The position numbers were made by a program, and so were the translations under genes. A stretch of 64,000 bases of DNA from an uncultured Gemmatimonadales bacterium (GTDB lineage Bacteria > Gemmatimonadota > Gemmatimonadetes > Gemmatimonadales > GWC2-71-9), in NCBI GenBank assembly GCA_963771275.1, contig CAVYSW010000010.1, forward strand, positions 704,001 to 768,000. The letters are read 5' to 3'. The notes beneath the pieces were generated by a model. The model saw nothing but the letters and a program-made list of their open reading frames with translations. It did no database searches and was not told where the DNA came from. This document shows, one piece after another, positions 1 to 9,902 of the stretch; position 1 is the first letter of the stretch, and each line of letters begins with the position of its first letter.

Positions 1-705
1 CGCCCGGTCCGGCGTCCAGGCCATCTTGGGCGCCGCCGAGGCGGCGATCACTTCCTGCTGCAGCGCGACCAGCTCGGCAATCCCCCGCTGCGCATGCGCG
101 AGCGCCGCGAGCATCTCTTCCTCCGACAACTCGAGCGCGCCGCCCTCCACCATCACGATCGAGTCGGCCGTTCCGGCGACGACCATGTCCAGGTCGCTGG
201 CCTCGAGCTGCTGGAACGTGGGATTCAACACCCACTGTCCGTCGACGCGACCGACCCGGACGCCGGCAATCGGACCGCCCCACGGCACCGAGGACAGCGC
301 GAGCGCGAGAGAGGCCGCGGTGAGCCCAAGCACGTCCGCATCGTTTTCCTGGTCGGCCGAGAGCACGTAGAGGAACACCTGCACTTCGTTCTTGAATCCC
401 TCCGGAAACAGCGGGCGGACGGATCGATCCACGAGCCGGGCGGCGAGGATCTCCTCGTCGCTCGGGCGGCCCTCCCGCTTGTAGAACCCGCCGGGGAACT
501 TGCCGGCCGCGTAGGTCTTCTCGCGATACTCGACGGTGAGGGGGAAGAACGGGAGGGGAGACTGCTTGTCCGAAACGGTGACGGCGGCCAGCACCATCGT
601 GTCGCCGTGCCGGACGAGGGCGCTGCCGGCCGCCTGCTTTGCCATTCGCCCGGTCTCGACCACCAGGGGCCGACCGGCGAACGACCGCTCAATACGCTGT
701 GTCAT
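1..705 (-). CDS. pnp: Polyribonucleotide nucleotidyltransferase (PNPase), 5' part; runs off the window
   Basis: Not in the ORF track. Manual translation from ATG at 705 gives MTQRIERSFAGRPLVVETGRMAKQAAGSALVRHGDTMVL...PFFPLTVEYREKTYAAGKFPGGFYKREGRP. Lies downstream of rpsO. Confidence 0.97.
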   Translation of the reverse strand, partial: MTQRIERSFAGRPLVVETGRMAKQAAGSALVRHGDTMVLAAVTVSDKQSPLPFFPLTVEYREKTYAAGKFPGGFYKREGRPSDEEILAARLVDRSVRPLFPEGFKNEVQVFLYVLSADQENDADVLGLTAASLALALSSVPWGGPIAGVRVGRVDGQWVLNPTFQQLEASDLDMVVAGTADSIVMVEGGALELSEEEMLAALAHAQRGIAELVALQQEVIAASAAPKMAWTPDRA

Positions 706-738
706 GGCTTTCCTTGAACGAGCACACGCGAACACACA

Positions 739-768
739 GGGCGCCCGGGGTGCTCGGCCCGGACGCCC
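739..768 (-). terminator. Stem-loop between rpsO and pnp (terminator or processing site)
   Basis: Minus strand GGGCGTCCGGG-N8-CCCGGGCGCCC followed by TGTGTGTT. Confidence 0.5.
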
Positions 769-786
769 GCCGCCCGCACGTCGACC

Positions 787-1047
787 CTAGTGACGCAGGC
801 CGAGCTCGTCGATGAGTTGCCGGTACCCGGTGAGATCCGACCGACGCATGTACTCCAGCAGCCGACGGCGCTTGCTGACCAGCATCAGCAGACCGCGCCG
901 GGAGTGATGGTCTTTCGGGTGGGTACGGAAGTGGTCGGTCAGGGAGTTGATCCGCTCCGTGATCAACGCGACCTGAACCCGCGCGGAGCCCGTGTCGCTC
1001 GGCGATTTCTGGTGCTTCTGGACCACCGCGTGCTTGTCAACGGTCAT
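787..1047 (-). CDS. rpsO: 30S ribosomal protein S15
   Basis: C-terminal 86 aa of ORF 787..2031: [38 protein letters not shown] at 1047 preceded by GAGGA. Confidence 0.98.
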   Translation of the reverse strand: MTVDKHAVVQKHQKSPSDTGSARVQVALITERINSLTDHFRTHPKDHHSRRGLLMLVSKRRRLLEYMRRSDLTGYRQLIDELGLRH

Positions 1048-1114
1048 CAAACGCGTATCCTCAATGTGAGTGCGGGCGCACTCGGTAACGAACTCGTAAC
1101 TGTTATAGTCGCTT

Positions 1115-1143
1115 AACTTAGCCAGCCCCCACCGCCCTGTAAA
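1115..1143 (-). promoter_or_regulatory. sigma70-type promoter for rpsO-pnp
   Basis: TTTACA-N17-TAAGTT on the minus strand. Confidence 0.6.
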
Positions 1144-1152
1144 GGCCGCCGG

Positions 1153-2145
1153 ATGTCGCTCGATCCCCCTGCGTTGGTCGGACGCCATGTCGGTCCCTAC
1201 GTGCTCGACCGCCCGCTGGGCCAGGGTGGCTTCGCCTGGGTGTTCGCCGCCCACGCGGCCGCGGATGGCCGGCCCGCGGCCGTGAAGGTCCTGAAGCCGA
1301 GCTATGCCGGCGACCCGCAATGCGAGACCCGGTTCCGCCACGAGGCGACGGTGGCCGCCGACCTGAAGCACCCGAACATCGTCCGGATTCACGAGATCGG
1401 CACCGATCAGCGTCTGACCTTCTTCGCCATGGACCTCTACGGAGACTCCCTGGCCAACCTGATCGCGCGCGCCGGGCCGCTTCAGGAGGAACGCCTGCTC
1501 GCGGTCGCGATCGACATCGCGACGGCGCTGGAATTCGCCCACGGCGCCGGAGTGATCCACCGGGACCTCAAGGTCGACAACATCCTGATCGGGGCGGACG
1601 GCGTCGCCGTGCTCTCGGACTTCGGCATTGCCCGCCCGCTCTCGGGCTACGCGACCGCGACCGGCATGAACATGACCATCGGCACGCCGGCCTACGTTTC
1701 GCCGGAGCAGGCGCAGGGGCGGCCGCTCGACGGGCGCAGCGATCTCTATGCGCTCGGCGTCACCCTCTACAAGGCCGCCACGGGCGAGCTGCCGTTCCGC
1801 TCGACGGACTGGTTCGAGCTCGCCCGGATGCACGTGGAGGATCCCCCGCCTCCGCCCACGAGCCGACGGCCAGGCTTGACTCCGCGCCTCGAGCGCGTGA
1901 TCCTGCGCTGCCTCGCGAAGCACCCGGACGACCGCTACCCGTCCGCCACCTCCCTCCTGGCCGATCTGCGGGCCATCGCGGCCGGCCGCAAGCGTACATC
2001 GGAGGTTCCCGTCGCTCAAGCCCGGACCCACGCTCGCTCCGGTGACGTCGGGAGAGACCCGGGCCGTGTCCGACTTCGACGGGTCGGCGTGGTGGCGCTG
2101 TTCCTCGCCGTGGCGCTGCTGGTCGTCTGGCTGACCAAGCGCTAG
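1153..2145 (+). CDS. Hanks-type Ser/Thr protein kinase with C-terminal TM helix
   Basis: GQGGFA loop, [32 protein letters not shown]; hydrophobic C-terminus. Confidence 0.95.
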   Translation: MSLDPPALVGRHVGPYVLDRPLGQGGFAWVFAAHAAADGRPAAVKVLKPSYAGDPQCETRFRHEATVAADLKHPNIVRIHEIGTDQRLTFFAMDLYGDSLANLIARAGPLQEERLLAVAIDIATALEFAHGAGVIHRDLKVDNILIGADGVAVLSDFGIARPLSGYATATGMNMTIGTPAYVSPEQAQGRPLDGRSDLYALGVTLYKAATGELPFRSTDWFELARMHVEDPPPPPTSRRPGLTPRLERVILRCLAKHPDDRYPSATSLLADLRAIAAGRKRTSEVPVAQARTHARSGDVGRDPGRVRLRRVGVVALFLAVALLVVWLTKR

Positions 2146-3509
2146 CGCAGGCCGAACAGCCGCAGGATGTCGTTGTACATCACGAGAACCACGAGCAGCA
2201 GCAGGACCAGCACGCCGAGCTGCGTGAGGCGCAGCCGGAGGGCAAGCGACAGCGGCCGGCCGCCCCGCAGTCCTTCCACGAGGAGAAACACCAACTGGCC
2301 ACCGTCCAGCACCGGGATGGGGAGGATGTTGAGGATCGCCAGGTTGATGGAGATGAAGGCCAGGAAGCTGAGGAACGGGACGATCCCCGCGCGGGCGGCC
2401 TGGCCGGAGAGCTGGCCGATCCCGATGGGTCCCGCGAGATCCCGTACCGAAACCTGCCGCGTGACGAGCTGACGCACCGTCACGAGTACCAGGCGGGCCT
2501 GCGCCGCCGTTTCGCGGGCCCCGTGAACGATCGCCCCGGGAAGGGAGAACTCCACCCTGCGAAGCTGTGCTTCGGGGTAGACACCGAGCTTCCCTACCCG
2601 GACGGCCGTGCCCGTGAGCGGATCGGTCTCGGTCGCCGCGCCGAGCGTCAAGTCGGCGGTGTCCACGACCCCGTCGCGCACGTAGGTCAACGCGACGAGC
2701 GAGTCGGGCCGCGCCCGCACCAGAGCGACCATCTCGGCCCAGTACCGTACGGTGTCCGGTCCGACTCGGACGATCTCGTCCCCCGCGTGCAGGTCGACTT
2801 CGGCGGCCGGCGACCCTGGCTCGACGTTCCCGACGCGCGCCAAACGGAGGTTGTGCACCGCCAGCGCCAGGCGTTGGCGCGCCCCGGCCTGTGAGCCGGG
2901 GATGCGTACGATCACCGGCTCCACACCCTGCCCGAAGTCGAACCGCAGGCGCTCGCTGGTCGGGTCGAGAATCGCGTCGATCACGTCGTTCCAGGACGCG
3001 ACCGTGTCGTCATTGATGCGGAGGAGTTCCGTGCCCAGCGGCACGCGCGCCAGGTCAGCGGCCTCCGGCGGCAGCAACGTCGTGTCCGCGCCGGCGAAGC
3101 GCGTAATCGGGTCCTCGAAGCTCGTTCCGGTCGCCGCGATGGTGGTGAACACGACCCAGGCCAGCAGCACGTTCATCAGCACGCCCGCCGACATCACGAG
3201 AAAGCGGGCCCGGAGCGGCTTGTTCTCGAACAGGCGGTCCGGGGGGAAGTCAGCCCCGCCACCGCCTTCGATGGCGCCCGCCGCGTCCTCTTCCCGGCTC
3301 GCCAACTTCACGTAGCCACCCAGGGGAATCCAGGACACCACGTATTCCGTCTCGCCCCGGCGGAACCGCAGGGGCGTAGGACTGCCGAAGCCGATGGAGA
3401 AGCGGGGCACCCCGACGCCCACCGCCTTGGCGGCCAGGAAATGCCCGAGCTCATGAACGAAGATGAGCACGCCCAGCACAACGACGGTGGCGAGCACGGT
3501 TATCAACAC
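2142..3509 (-). CDS. rseP: RIP metalloprotease RseP (M50) with PDZ domain
   Basis: HELGH motif, [19 protein letters not shown]; downstream of dxr. Confidence 0.96.
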   Translation of the reverse strand: MLITVLATVVVLGVLIFVHELGHFLAAKAVGVGVPRFSIGFGSPTPLRFRRGETEYVVSWIPLGGYVKLASREEDAAGAIEGGGGADFPPDRLFENKPLRARFLVMSAGVLMNVLLAWVVFTTIAATGTSFEDPITRFAGADTTLLPPEAADLARVPLGTELLRINDDTVASWNDVIDAILDPTSERLRFDFGQGVEPVIVRIPGSQAGARQRLALAVHNLRLARVGNVEPGSPAAEVDLHAGDEIVRVGPDTVRYWAEMVALVRARPDSLVALTYVRDGVVDTADLTLGAATETDPLTGTAVRVGKLGVYPEAQLRRVEFSLPGAIVHGARETAAQARLVLVTVRQLVTRQVSVRDLAGPIGIGQLSGQAARAGIVPFLSFLAFISINLAILNILPIPVLDGGQLVFLLVEGLRGGRPLSLALRLRLTQLGVLVLLLLVVLVMYNDILRLFGLR

Positions 3510-4597
3510 GCGTCCTCCGCATATGCGCGGGCCCGGCGATCCGCCTCGATAACCGACTCCAGGTCGTCGGCGGGGCCGGCGTCGAGCGATTCCAATGTAG
3601 TGGCGATCAGCGCCGGGATCCTGCCGAACGCGATGCGGCCGGTGAGGAACGCCTCGACGGCGACCTCGTTCGCGGCGTTGAATACGGCCGTCGCGGTGCC
3701 GCCGGCCCGTCCCGCCTGCACGCCCAGATCGAACGTCGGGAACGCGTCCCGGCGGACCGACTCGAAGGTGAGCGATCCCGCGGCGACGGGGTCAAACCGC
3801 CGTACGCCCTCGTCGGTGATGCGTTCGGGATGCGTCAGGGCGTACAGGATCGGCAGCTCCATGCTCGGGTAGCCCACCTGCGCCAGGATCGATCCGTCAA
3901 CGAACTCCACCAGCCCATGCACGATGGACTGGGGGTGGACGACCACGTCGATGGCGTCGTACGGCAGCCCGAACAGGAAGTGCGCCTCGATGACTTCGAG
4001 CGCCTTGTTGGCGAGTGTCGCGCTGTCGACCGTGATCTTCCGCCCCATGCGCCAGGTCGGGTGCTGCAGGGCCTGGTCCACGGTCGCCAGCCGCAGGCGC
4101 TCCGGCGACCAGTCACGGAACGGGCCCCCGGAGGCCGTGAGGATCAACCGGCACAGCGACTCGGGATGCCCGGTGATGCATTGGAGCACGGCGCTGTGCT
4201 CCGAGTCGATCGGCACGACCTGCCCGCCTCCCTCGGTGGCGGCCCGCAGGACGAGGTCGCCGGCCATGACCAGCGACTCCTTGTTGGCCAGGGCCACGCG
4301 CTTGCCGGCGCGGAGCGCGGCGAGGGTGGCGGCGAGGCCCGCGGCGCCGACAATTGCGTTCACCACGACCGAGACATCCGGGTGGGTGGCGGCGTCGACC
4401 AGACAGCCTGGACCGTCGCTGCGCACCGTCGCGCAGAAGGTCGCTCCGACTGTGCGTGCTTGCTGGGTCACCAGCTCTTCGGAATCGAACGCCGTGAGGG
4501 CGATCACGCGGAACCGGTCCCGGTGCCGCGCGAGCACCCGCAAGGTGCTCGTCCCGATCGAGCCGGTCGAGCCCAGGATCGCGACGCCGTCGATCAT
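3503..4597 (-). CDS. dxr: 1-deoxy-D-xylulose-5-phosphate reductoisomerase
   Basis: AILGSTGSIG, LANKESLV, PIDSEHSA, LTASGGPF, HPTWRMGRKITVDSAT; start taken at ATG 4597. Confidence 0.97.
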   Translation of the reverse strand: MIDGVAILGSTGSIGTSTLRVLARHRDRFRVIALTAFDSEELVTQQARTVGATFCATVRSDGPGCLVDAATHPDVSVVVNAIVGAAGLAATLAALRAGKRVALANKESLVMAGDLVLRAATEGGGQVVPIDSEHSAVLQCITGHPESLCRLILTASGGPFRDWSPERLRLATVDQALQHPTWRMGRKITVDSATLANKALEVIEAHFLFGLPYDAIDVVVHPQSIVHGLVEFVDGSILAQVGYPSMELPILYALTHPERITDEGVRRFDPVAAGSLTFESVRRDAFPTFDLGVQAGRAGGTATAVFNAANEVAVEAFLTGRIAFGRIPALIATTLESLDAGPADDLESVIEADRRARAYAEDAC

Positions 4598-5451
4598 AGC
4601 GCGCCGTACAGGGCCAGCATTGCCGCGGCGGCGGGAAGCACCCAGTAGAGCGAGTCGAGCCGATCGAGCACACCGCCATGACCCGGGAAGAGCGTTCCCG
4701 AGTCCTTCACTCCGGCCTCCCGCTTGAACAGCGATTCGGCGAGGTCCCCGAACTGGCCGAGCACCGCGAGCACGACCCCGAACACCACCAGGCGCAGTGC
4801 GCCAAGGGCGATGCCCTGCGGCTGCAACACGAGCCAGCCGTACAGCGGGCCCACGACCGCCGCGGACGCCGTCCCCGCGACGGTTCCTGCCCAGGTCTTG
4901 TGCGGACTCACCACGGGCGCGAACTTGGGCCCGCCGATCAGCGCCCCGCCAGCCATCGCCATGGTATCGCACACCCACGTGACCACCAGAGGGGCGAACA
5001 CCAGCCACGTCGCGGCCCACGGCTCGGCGTAGACCGCCCCGTGACGAATGGCGATCGCGAACGCCGGGAGCAGGCCTGCGTAGAGCGCGCCAAACAGCGT
5101 GATGGCGACTGCCGCGAGCGGACCTTCCGACGGCGGCCGCCGCCACAGCGCGGCGGCCATCACCAGGATGACCCACAGGGCCGCCGCATAGGCGATCCAG
5201 CCAGGTCGGACGGCGCCGTTGACCGTGAGCGCGTAGACTGCCACCGGCGCCGCCGCGGCTCCGAGGTAGCCCGGCACGGCGAGTGGGCGGCCGCCCCGCA
5301 GCGCGGCGAGCCGGAACAGCTCCCGCACCCCCAGCACACCGAGTACCGCCAGCGCGAGGACGAGGAACCAGCCGCCGAGGTAGACGATGCCCAACGCCGT
5401 CGGGATGCCGATCGCCGAGACGGCAACGCGGCGGGGAAGCGAGCTTGCCAT
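4594..5451 (-). CDS. cdsA: Phosphatidate cytidylyltransferase
   Basis: SPHKTW, GDLAESLFKR..GVKDSG..PGHGGVLDRLDS; multiple TM segments. Confidence 0.95.
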   Translation of the reverse strand: MASSLPRRVAVSAIGIPTALGIVYLGGWFLVLALAVLGVLGVRELFRLAALRGGRPLAVPGYLGAAAAPVAVYALTVNGAVRPGWIAYAAALWVILVMAAALWRRPPSEGPLAAVAITLFGALYAGLLPAFAIAIRHGAVYAEPWAATWLVFAPLVVTWVCDTMAMAGGALIGGPKFAPVVSPHKTWAGTVAGTASAAVVGPLYGWLVLQPQGIALGALRLVVFGVVLAVLGQFGDLAESLFKREAGVKDSGTLFPGHGGVLDRLDSLYWVLPAAAAMLALYGAL

Positions 5452-5470
5452 GGTGGTCACGGAGGTCGGA

Positions 5471-6031
5471 CTAGACCTCCATGATCTCCTGTTCCTTCCC
5501 CTTGACCAGCGCGTCGATCTGGTGGATCGCGTCGTCGTGCAGCTTCTGGATGTCCTTGTCCATCCGGTGCTTTTCGTCGTCCGATACGTGATCGAGCTTC
5601 TTGCTCTTCGCGATCGCGTCGGTGCGCGCGTGGCGGACGGCGATGCGCCCTTCTTCGGCCAGCTTGTGCACGACCTTGATCAGTTCGCGGCGCCGCTCCT
5701 CGTTGAGCGGTGGCAGGGGCACACGCAGCATGGTGCCGTCGGTGGCCGGATTGAGGCCGAGGTCCGAGGACCGGATGGCTTTCTCGATCACCTGCAGCAG
5801 CGACTTGTCCCACGGCTGGACGGTAAGCAGGCGCGGCTCCGGCGCGCCGACGCTTGCGACCTGGTTGAGGGGAAGGTGCTGGCCATAGGCTTCGACCCGC
5901 ACGGTGTCCAGCAGGCTGGTCGTGGCCTTGCCGCTGCGGATGGTGGAGAGCTCCCGCTTGGTGCTCTCCACCGCCTTGCTCATGTAGTCCCGGGCGTGCT
6001 TCTCGAGATCCGCGAGTTGATTGGTGGTCAT
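5471..6031 (-). CDS. frr: Ribosome recycling factor
   Basis: [34 protein letters not shown] 6031 overlaps the pyrH stop. Confidence 0.97.
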   Translation of the reverse strand: MTTNQLADLEKHARDYMSKAVESTKRELSTIRSGKATTSLLDTVRVEAYGQHLPLNQVASVGAPEPRLLTVQPWDKSLLQVIEKAIRSSDLGLNPATDGTMLRVPLPPLNEERRRELIKVVHKLAEEGRIAVRHARTDAIAKSKKLDHVSDDEKHRMDKDIQKLHDDAIHQIDALVKGKEQEIMEV

Positions 6032-6741
6032 CGCACGAGAGTTCCGACGCGCTCGCCGCGCAGCACGCGGGCGATCGCGCCGTCTTGGTTGATGTTCATC
6101 ACCATGATCGGCAGCGCATTCTCCTTGCACAAGCCGAACGCGTTCGCATCCATCACCCGGAGTCCCCTGACGATCGCCTCCTGGAACGTCAGCTCCGGCA
6201 GGAATTCGGCCGTCGGGTCGAGCTTCGGATCCGCCGTGTACACTCCGTCCACGTTGGTCGCCTTGACGAGCACGTCCGCCTCGATCTCGAGGGCGCGCAG
6301 CACCGCCGCCGTGTCAGTTGAGAAGTACGGATTCCCCGTCCCTCCGGCGAACAGCACCACACGTCCCTTCTCGAGATGGCGCTGGGCCCGCCGGCGAATG
6401 TAGGGCTCGGCGAGCTCCTCCATGCGGATGGCCGTCATCACGCGGGTCTCGATGCCGTTCCGCTCGAGGGTGTCCTGCAGGGCGAGCGCGTTGATCACGG
6501 TCGCCAGCATGCCCATGTAGTCCGCCGAAACCCGGTCCATGCCCTGTTGACTGGCGACGGTGCCACGCACGATGTTGCCGCCCCCCAGCACGAGCCCGAG
6601 GCTCGCGCCGAGCGCGTGCACCTCCCGAATCTCCTCGGCCAGGCGGTTCACGACGGCGAAATCGATGCCGAAGCCGCGGTCCCCGGCCAGCGACTCGCCG
6701 GAGACCTTGACCAGGACGCGTCGAAAGACGAGGTCGCCCAC
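6028..6741 (-). CDS. pyrH: UMP kinase
   Basis: [40 protein letters not shown] start at 6741. Confidence 0.97.
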   Translation of the reverse strand: MGDLVFRRVLVKVSGESLAGDRGFGIDFAVVNRLAEEIREVHALGASLGLVLGGGNIVRGTVASQQGMDRVSADYMGMLATVINALALQDTLERNGIETRVMTAIRMEELAEPYIRRRAQRHLEKGRVVLFAGGTGNPYFSTDTAAVLRALEIEADVLVKATNVDGVYTADPKLDPTAEFLPELTFQEAIVRGLRVMDANAFGLCKENALPIMVMNINQDGAIARVLRGERVGTLVR

Positions 6742-7343
6742 TAGTCTCCGCCGAGCTCCAGGCGGACGAAGCGGCGCACCACGACGTTCTCGCCGAGCTT
6801 GCCCGACACCGCCTTGACCAGGTCGCCGATCTTCACGGCATCGTCTTTCACGTACGCCTGCTCGAGCAGCACGCGTTCCTCGAAGAACTTCTTGAGCTTG
6901 CCCTCGACGATTTTGGCCCGAACGGTCTCCGGCTTGCCGGATTCCGCGACCTGCGCCTGGTAGATGGCTTTCTCCCGGGCCAGCACGTCTTCGGGCACCG
7001 CGTCCGTCGACACCGCGATGGGGCCGGCCGAGGCGATGTGCAGCGCCAGGTCCTTGGCGAGGGCCTGGAAATCCGCGGTGCGCGCGACGAAGTCCGTCTC
7101 GCAATTGAGCTCCACCAGCACCGCGACCTTGCCGTTGAAGTGCACGTAGCTCCCGATCACGCCTTCCCGGGCACCGCGGCCGGAGCGCTTCTCCGCACGG
7201 GTGATCCCCTTCTGCCGCAGCAGATCGACGGCCTTCTCCATGTCGCCGCCGGTCTCCTCGAGCGCCTTCTTGCAGTCCATCATCCCCGCGCCCGTGCGGG
7301 CCCGGAGCGTGCTGACGTCCTTCGCGCTGATCTTCCCAGTCAT
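6741..7343 (-). CDS. tsf: Elongation factor Ts (short, 200 aa type)
   Basis: [26 protein letters not shown]. Confidence 0.98.
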   Translation of the reverse strand: MTGKISAKDVSTLRARTGAGMMDCKKALEETGGDMEKAVDLLRQKGITRAEKRSGRGAREGVIGSYVHFNGKVAVLVELNCETDFVARTADFQALAKDLALHIASAGPIAVSTDAVPEDVLAREKAIYQAQVAESGKPETVRAKIVEGKLKKFFEERVLLEQAYVKDDAVKIGDLVKAVSGKLGENVVVRRFVRLELGGD

Positions 7344-7466
7344 GTGTCCAACCTTCGATGGTCGTTGTGGTGACCCTGCCTGCCCGACACACGACGACCG
7401 CCGCCGCCTGCAACCCTGATGTCAGACGAGCGACGGTCGGCGGATCCCCGGCTCGGGCCGCGCCGG

Positions 7467-8357
7467 TTATCCCTGACTCTCGCTCGTCCCCGCGCCTTCC
7501 GCCGCCGCGTTCGGCGCCTCGTCGGCCTTCAGGCGGGCGGCGATCGCCTCCGGCTTCGGCCGGCGCTTGCGGCGCGACTTCTTGCGGCGCCGCTGGTCTT
7601 CGGTTTCTCCTTCGGGCTCCGCGTCCGTGCTGTACGTGAACGACTCCGACTCGTCCGCCGCCTCACGCAGCGGCACCTGGACCCGGGCCTCCGCCATCAC
7701 GCTGACGAGCGCCCGGGTGATGAGCGCGACCGACCGGATCGCATCGTCGTTTCCCGGGATCGGAACCGTGATCAAGTCGGGATCCGCGTTGGTGTCGACG
7801 ATGGCGATCACCGGAATCCCGAGCTTGTTGGCCTCGGCGATGGCGATCCGTTCCTTCTTGGCATCGACCACGAACAGCGCGCCCGGCAGGCGCCCCATCC
7901 GTTTGATGCCTTCGAGGTAGCGGTTCAGCTTCTCGCGCTCACGCTGAAACAGCAGCTGCTCCTTCTTCGTGAAGAACTCGTAGGCGCCGTCCTCCTGGGC
8001 CTGCTCGATCTCCTTGAGACGCCGAATCTGCTTCTTGATCGTCTGGAAATTCGTCAACGTCCCGCCGAGCCACCGCTCCGTGACCCAGAACGCCCCGCAC
8101 TGCTCCGCATCGCTGCGCAGCGTCTGCTTGAGCTGCTTCTTGGTGCAGACGAACAGGACACCCTCGCCCTTCATGACCACGCCGCGCAGCAGGTCCTGTG
8201 CGACCTGGAGCTGTCTGAGGGTCTTCTGAAGGTCGATGAGGTAGATCCCCGAGCGCTCGGCGAAGATGAACCGACGCATCTTGGGGTTCCACCGACGGGT
8301 CTGATGCCCGAAATGTACCCCGGCTTCGAGTAGGTCCTGCAGCAGCGGTTGCGACAT
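7467..8357 (-). CDS. rpsB: 30S ribosomal protein S2
   Basis: [38 protein letters not shown]. Confidence 0.99.
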   Translation of the reverse strand: MSQPLLQDLLEAGVHFGHQTRRWNPKMRRFIFAERSGIYLIDLQKTLRQLQVAQDLLRGVVMKGEGVLFVCTKKQLKQTLRSDAEQCGAFWVTERWLGGTLTNFQTIKKQIRRLKEIEQAQEDGAYEFFTKKEQLLFQREREKLNRYLEGIKRMGRLPGALFVVDAKKERIAIAEANKLGIPVIAIVDTNADPDLITVPIPGNDDAIRSVALITRALVSVMAEARVQVPLREAADESESFTYSTDAEPEGETEDQRRRKKSRRKRRPKPEAIAARLKADEAPNAAAEGAGTSESQG

Positions 8358-8365
8358 GGTCCTCG

Positions 8366-8456
8366 TGTTGGGTTGGGTCCTCCACCGCCTTCACGCCCGG
8401 GACCGATCCGCCGTTGGCGGACACCCAGTACCGGATCGGGCGATGTGCGTTGTGTG
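8366..8456 (-). ncRNA. rpsB 5' leader (t44-like S2 autoregulatory RNA)
   Basis: Minus strand ACACAAC...GGGTG-TCCGCC-AAC-GGCGGA-TCGG...GTGGAGGACCCAACCC resembles the conserved t44/rpsB leader elements and sits directly upstream of rpsB. Confidence 0.7.
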
Positions 8457-8473
8457 GCTCCGGCTCCGCGCGC

Positions 8474-8875
8474 CTAGCGCTTGGAGAACTGGAACCGCTT
8501 CCGTGCGCCCGGGCGCCCGGGCTTCTTCCGCTCGACGGCCCGGGGATCCCGCGTGAGCAGACCGTGGGCCCGCAGCTTCCGGCGGTGCGTCTCGTCCGCC
8601 AGCACCAGGGACCGTGCCACGCCGAGGCGCAGCGCGCCGGCCTGCCCGGCCTGGCCCCCGCCGGACACCCGCGCCTTCACGTCGAAGGCACCGAGCGTGT
8701 CGGTGACCTGGAACGGCTGCTGGATGTGCTGTACCAGCGACTGGCGCGGGAAGTAGTCCCCCAGCGTCCGGCCGTTCACGCTCCACTTGCCCGAGCCGGG
8801 CACCAGATACACCCGCGCGACGCTCGTCTTGCGACGGCCGACGGCGTGCCAGCGAAGTTCAACGTGCGCAGTCAT
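8474..8875 (-). CDS. rpsI: 30S ribosomal protein S9
   Basis: GRRKTSVARV, GGGQAGQAGA, ERKKPG..ARKRFQFSKR. Confidence 0.99.
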   Translation of the reverse strand: MTAHVELRWHAVGRRKTSVARVYLVPGSGKWSVNGRTLGDYFPRQSLVQHIQQPFQVTDTLGAFDVKARVSGGGQAGQAGALRLGVARSLVLADETHRRKLRAHGLLTRDPRAVERKKPGRPGARKRFQFSKR

Positions 8876-9318
8876 GCATCATCCTTCGAGAACTTCACGA
8901 GTGCCGGTTGCTGCCCCTGGTGCGGATGGCTCGGGCCGGCGTACACCCGCAGCTTCCGCCGCAGCACCTGGCGCCCCAGGGTGCTCTTCGGCAGCATCCC
9001 GAACACCGCCTTCTCGATCACCCGATCAGGGTGGGCCTGCAGCATGCGCTCCACCGGGGTGAAGCGGCCGTGGCCCATGTAGCCGGAATGCCGGAAGTAG
9101 CGCTTCTGCGCGACCTTGCGGCCGGTGAGGCGCACCTTCTCGGCGTTGATCACCACGACGTAGTCGCCGCAGTCCATGTGGGGCGTGAAGCTCGGCTTGT
9201 GCTTGCCGCGAATCAGCTGCGCCACATGACTCGCGAGACGGCCCAAGACCACACCGTCGGCATCCACCAGATGCCATCGATGCTCGAGATCAGCCCGCTT
9301 GAGTGTGTACGTCTTCAT
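8872..9318 (-). CDS. rplM: 50S ribosomal protein L13
   Basis: WHLVDA..LGRLAS..RGKHKPSFTPH.DCGDYVVVINA; ATG at 9318. Confidence 0.98.
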   Translation of the reverse strand: MKTYTLKRADLEHRWHLVDADGVVLGRLASHVAQLIRGKHKPSFTPHMDCGDYVVVINAEKVRLTGRKVAQKRYFRHSGYMGHGRFTPVERMLQAHPDRVIEKAVFGMLPKSTLGRQVLRRKLRVYAGPSHPHQGQQPALVKFSKDDA

Positions 9319-9373
9319 ACCTGGTTCGGGAACGCCCGCGCGGACGAAGTTCCGTAAGTCAAGACAGACAAGT

Positions 9374-9402
9374 AACCTACCGTGCTCCCAACCGATGGTC
9401 AA
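9374..9402 (-). promoter_or_regulatory. sigma70-type promoter for the rplM-rpsI-rpsB operon
   Basis: TTGACC-N17-TAGGTT on the minus strand. Confidence 0.65.
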
Positions 9403-9902
9403 CCCTCCGCATGGACTTCCACGAGCGTGACCCCCTTGTCCACCGGCTGACCCGGCTGCGCGTGAATCGCGGCCACCCGGCCCGCCACGGGCGCCTTGAG
9501 CTCGTTCTCCATCTTCATCGCCTCCAGCACCACCACCCCCTGGCCCGCCCGCACCGCGTCGCCCACCGCGACTTCCAGCCGCAGCACGAGGCCCGGCATC
9601 GGCGCCTTGACCGGGACTCGCCCGGCCTGTTGCCCGGACCGTCGGGTGAGGTCACGGAGCTGGCGGGTGCGCTCGTCCAGCACCACGGGTTCCCAGATCT
9701 CGCCCTCCGACAGCAGCGTCCAGCCGTCGTGGCGCCGGGCGACCGCGAAGGTGACGGCACGATCGTGCAGGATCAGCTGGCGGAGCGGCGTGCCCACCAC
9801 GCTCTGCAGCTCGGCCGCCCGGGCGACCCCGTCGAGCAGGACCTCGCCGCCGCGAATCTCGACCTCGAAGCTTCGCCCCCTGATCGTAACCGTGTATTTC
9901 AC
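9399..9902 (-). CDS. Biotin carboxyl carrier protein of an acyl-CoA carboxylase
   Basis: APMPG, LEAMKMENE biotinylation motif. Confidence 0.93.
   Translation of the reverse strand: MKYTVTIRGRSFEVEIRGGEVLLDGVARAAELQSVVGTPLRQLILHDRAVTFAVARRHDGWTLLSEGEIWEPVVLDERTRQLRDLTRRSGQQAGRVPVKAPMPGLVLRLEVAVGDAVRAGQGVVVLEAMKMENELKAPVAGRVAAIHAQPGQPVDKGVTLVEVHAEG

Noticed and set aside
787..2031. Extended N-termini in the ORF track (rpsO 414 aa; likewise dxr, pyrH, cmk, 45441..48002, 57294..59519)
   Set aside because: The extensions overlap neighbouring genes; family similarity starts at the downstream starts I used, so these are not real fusions
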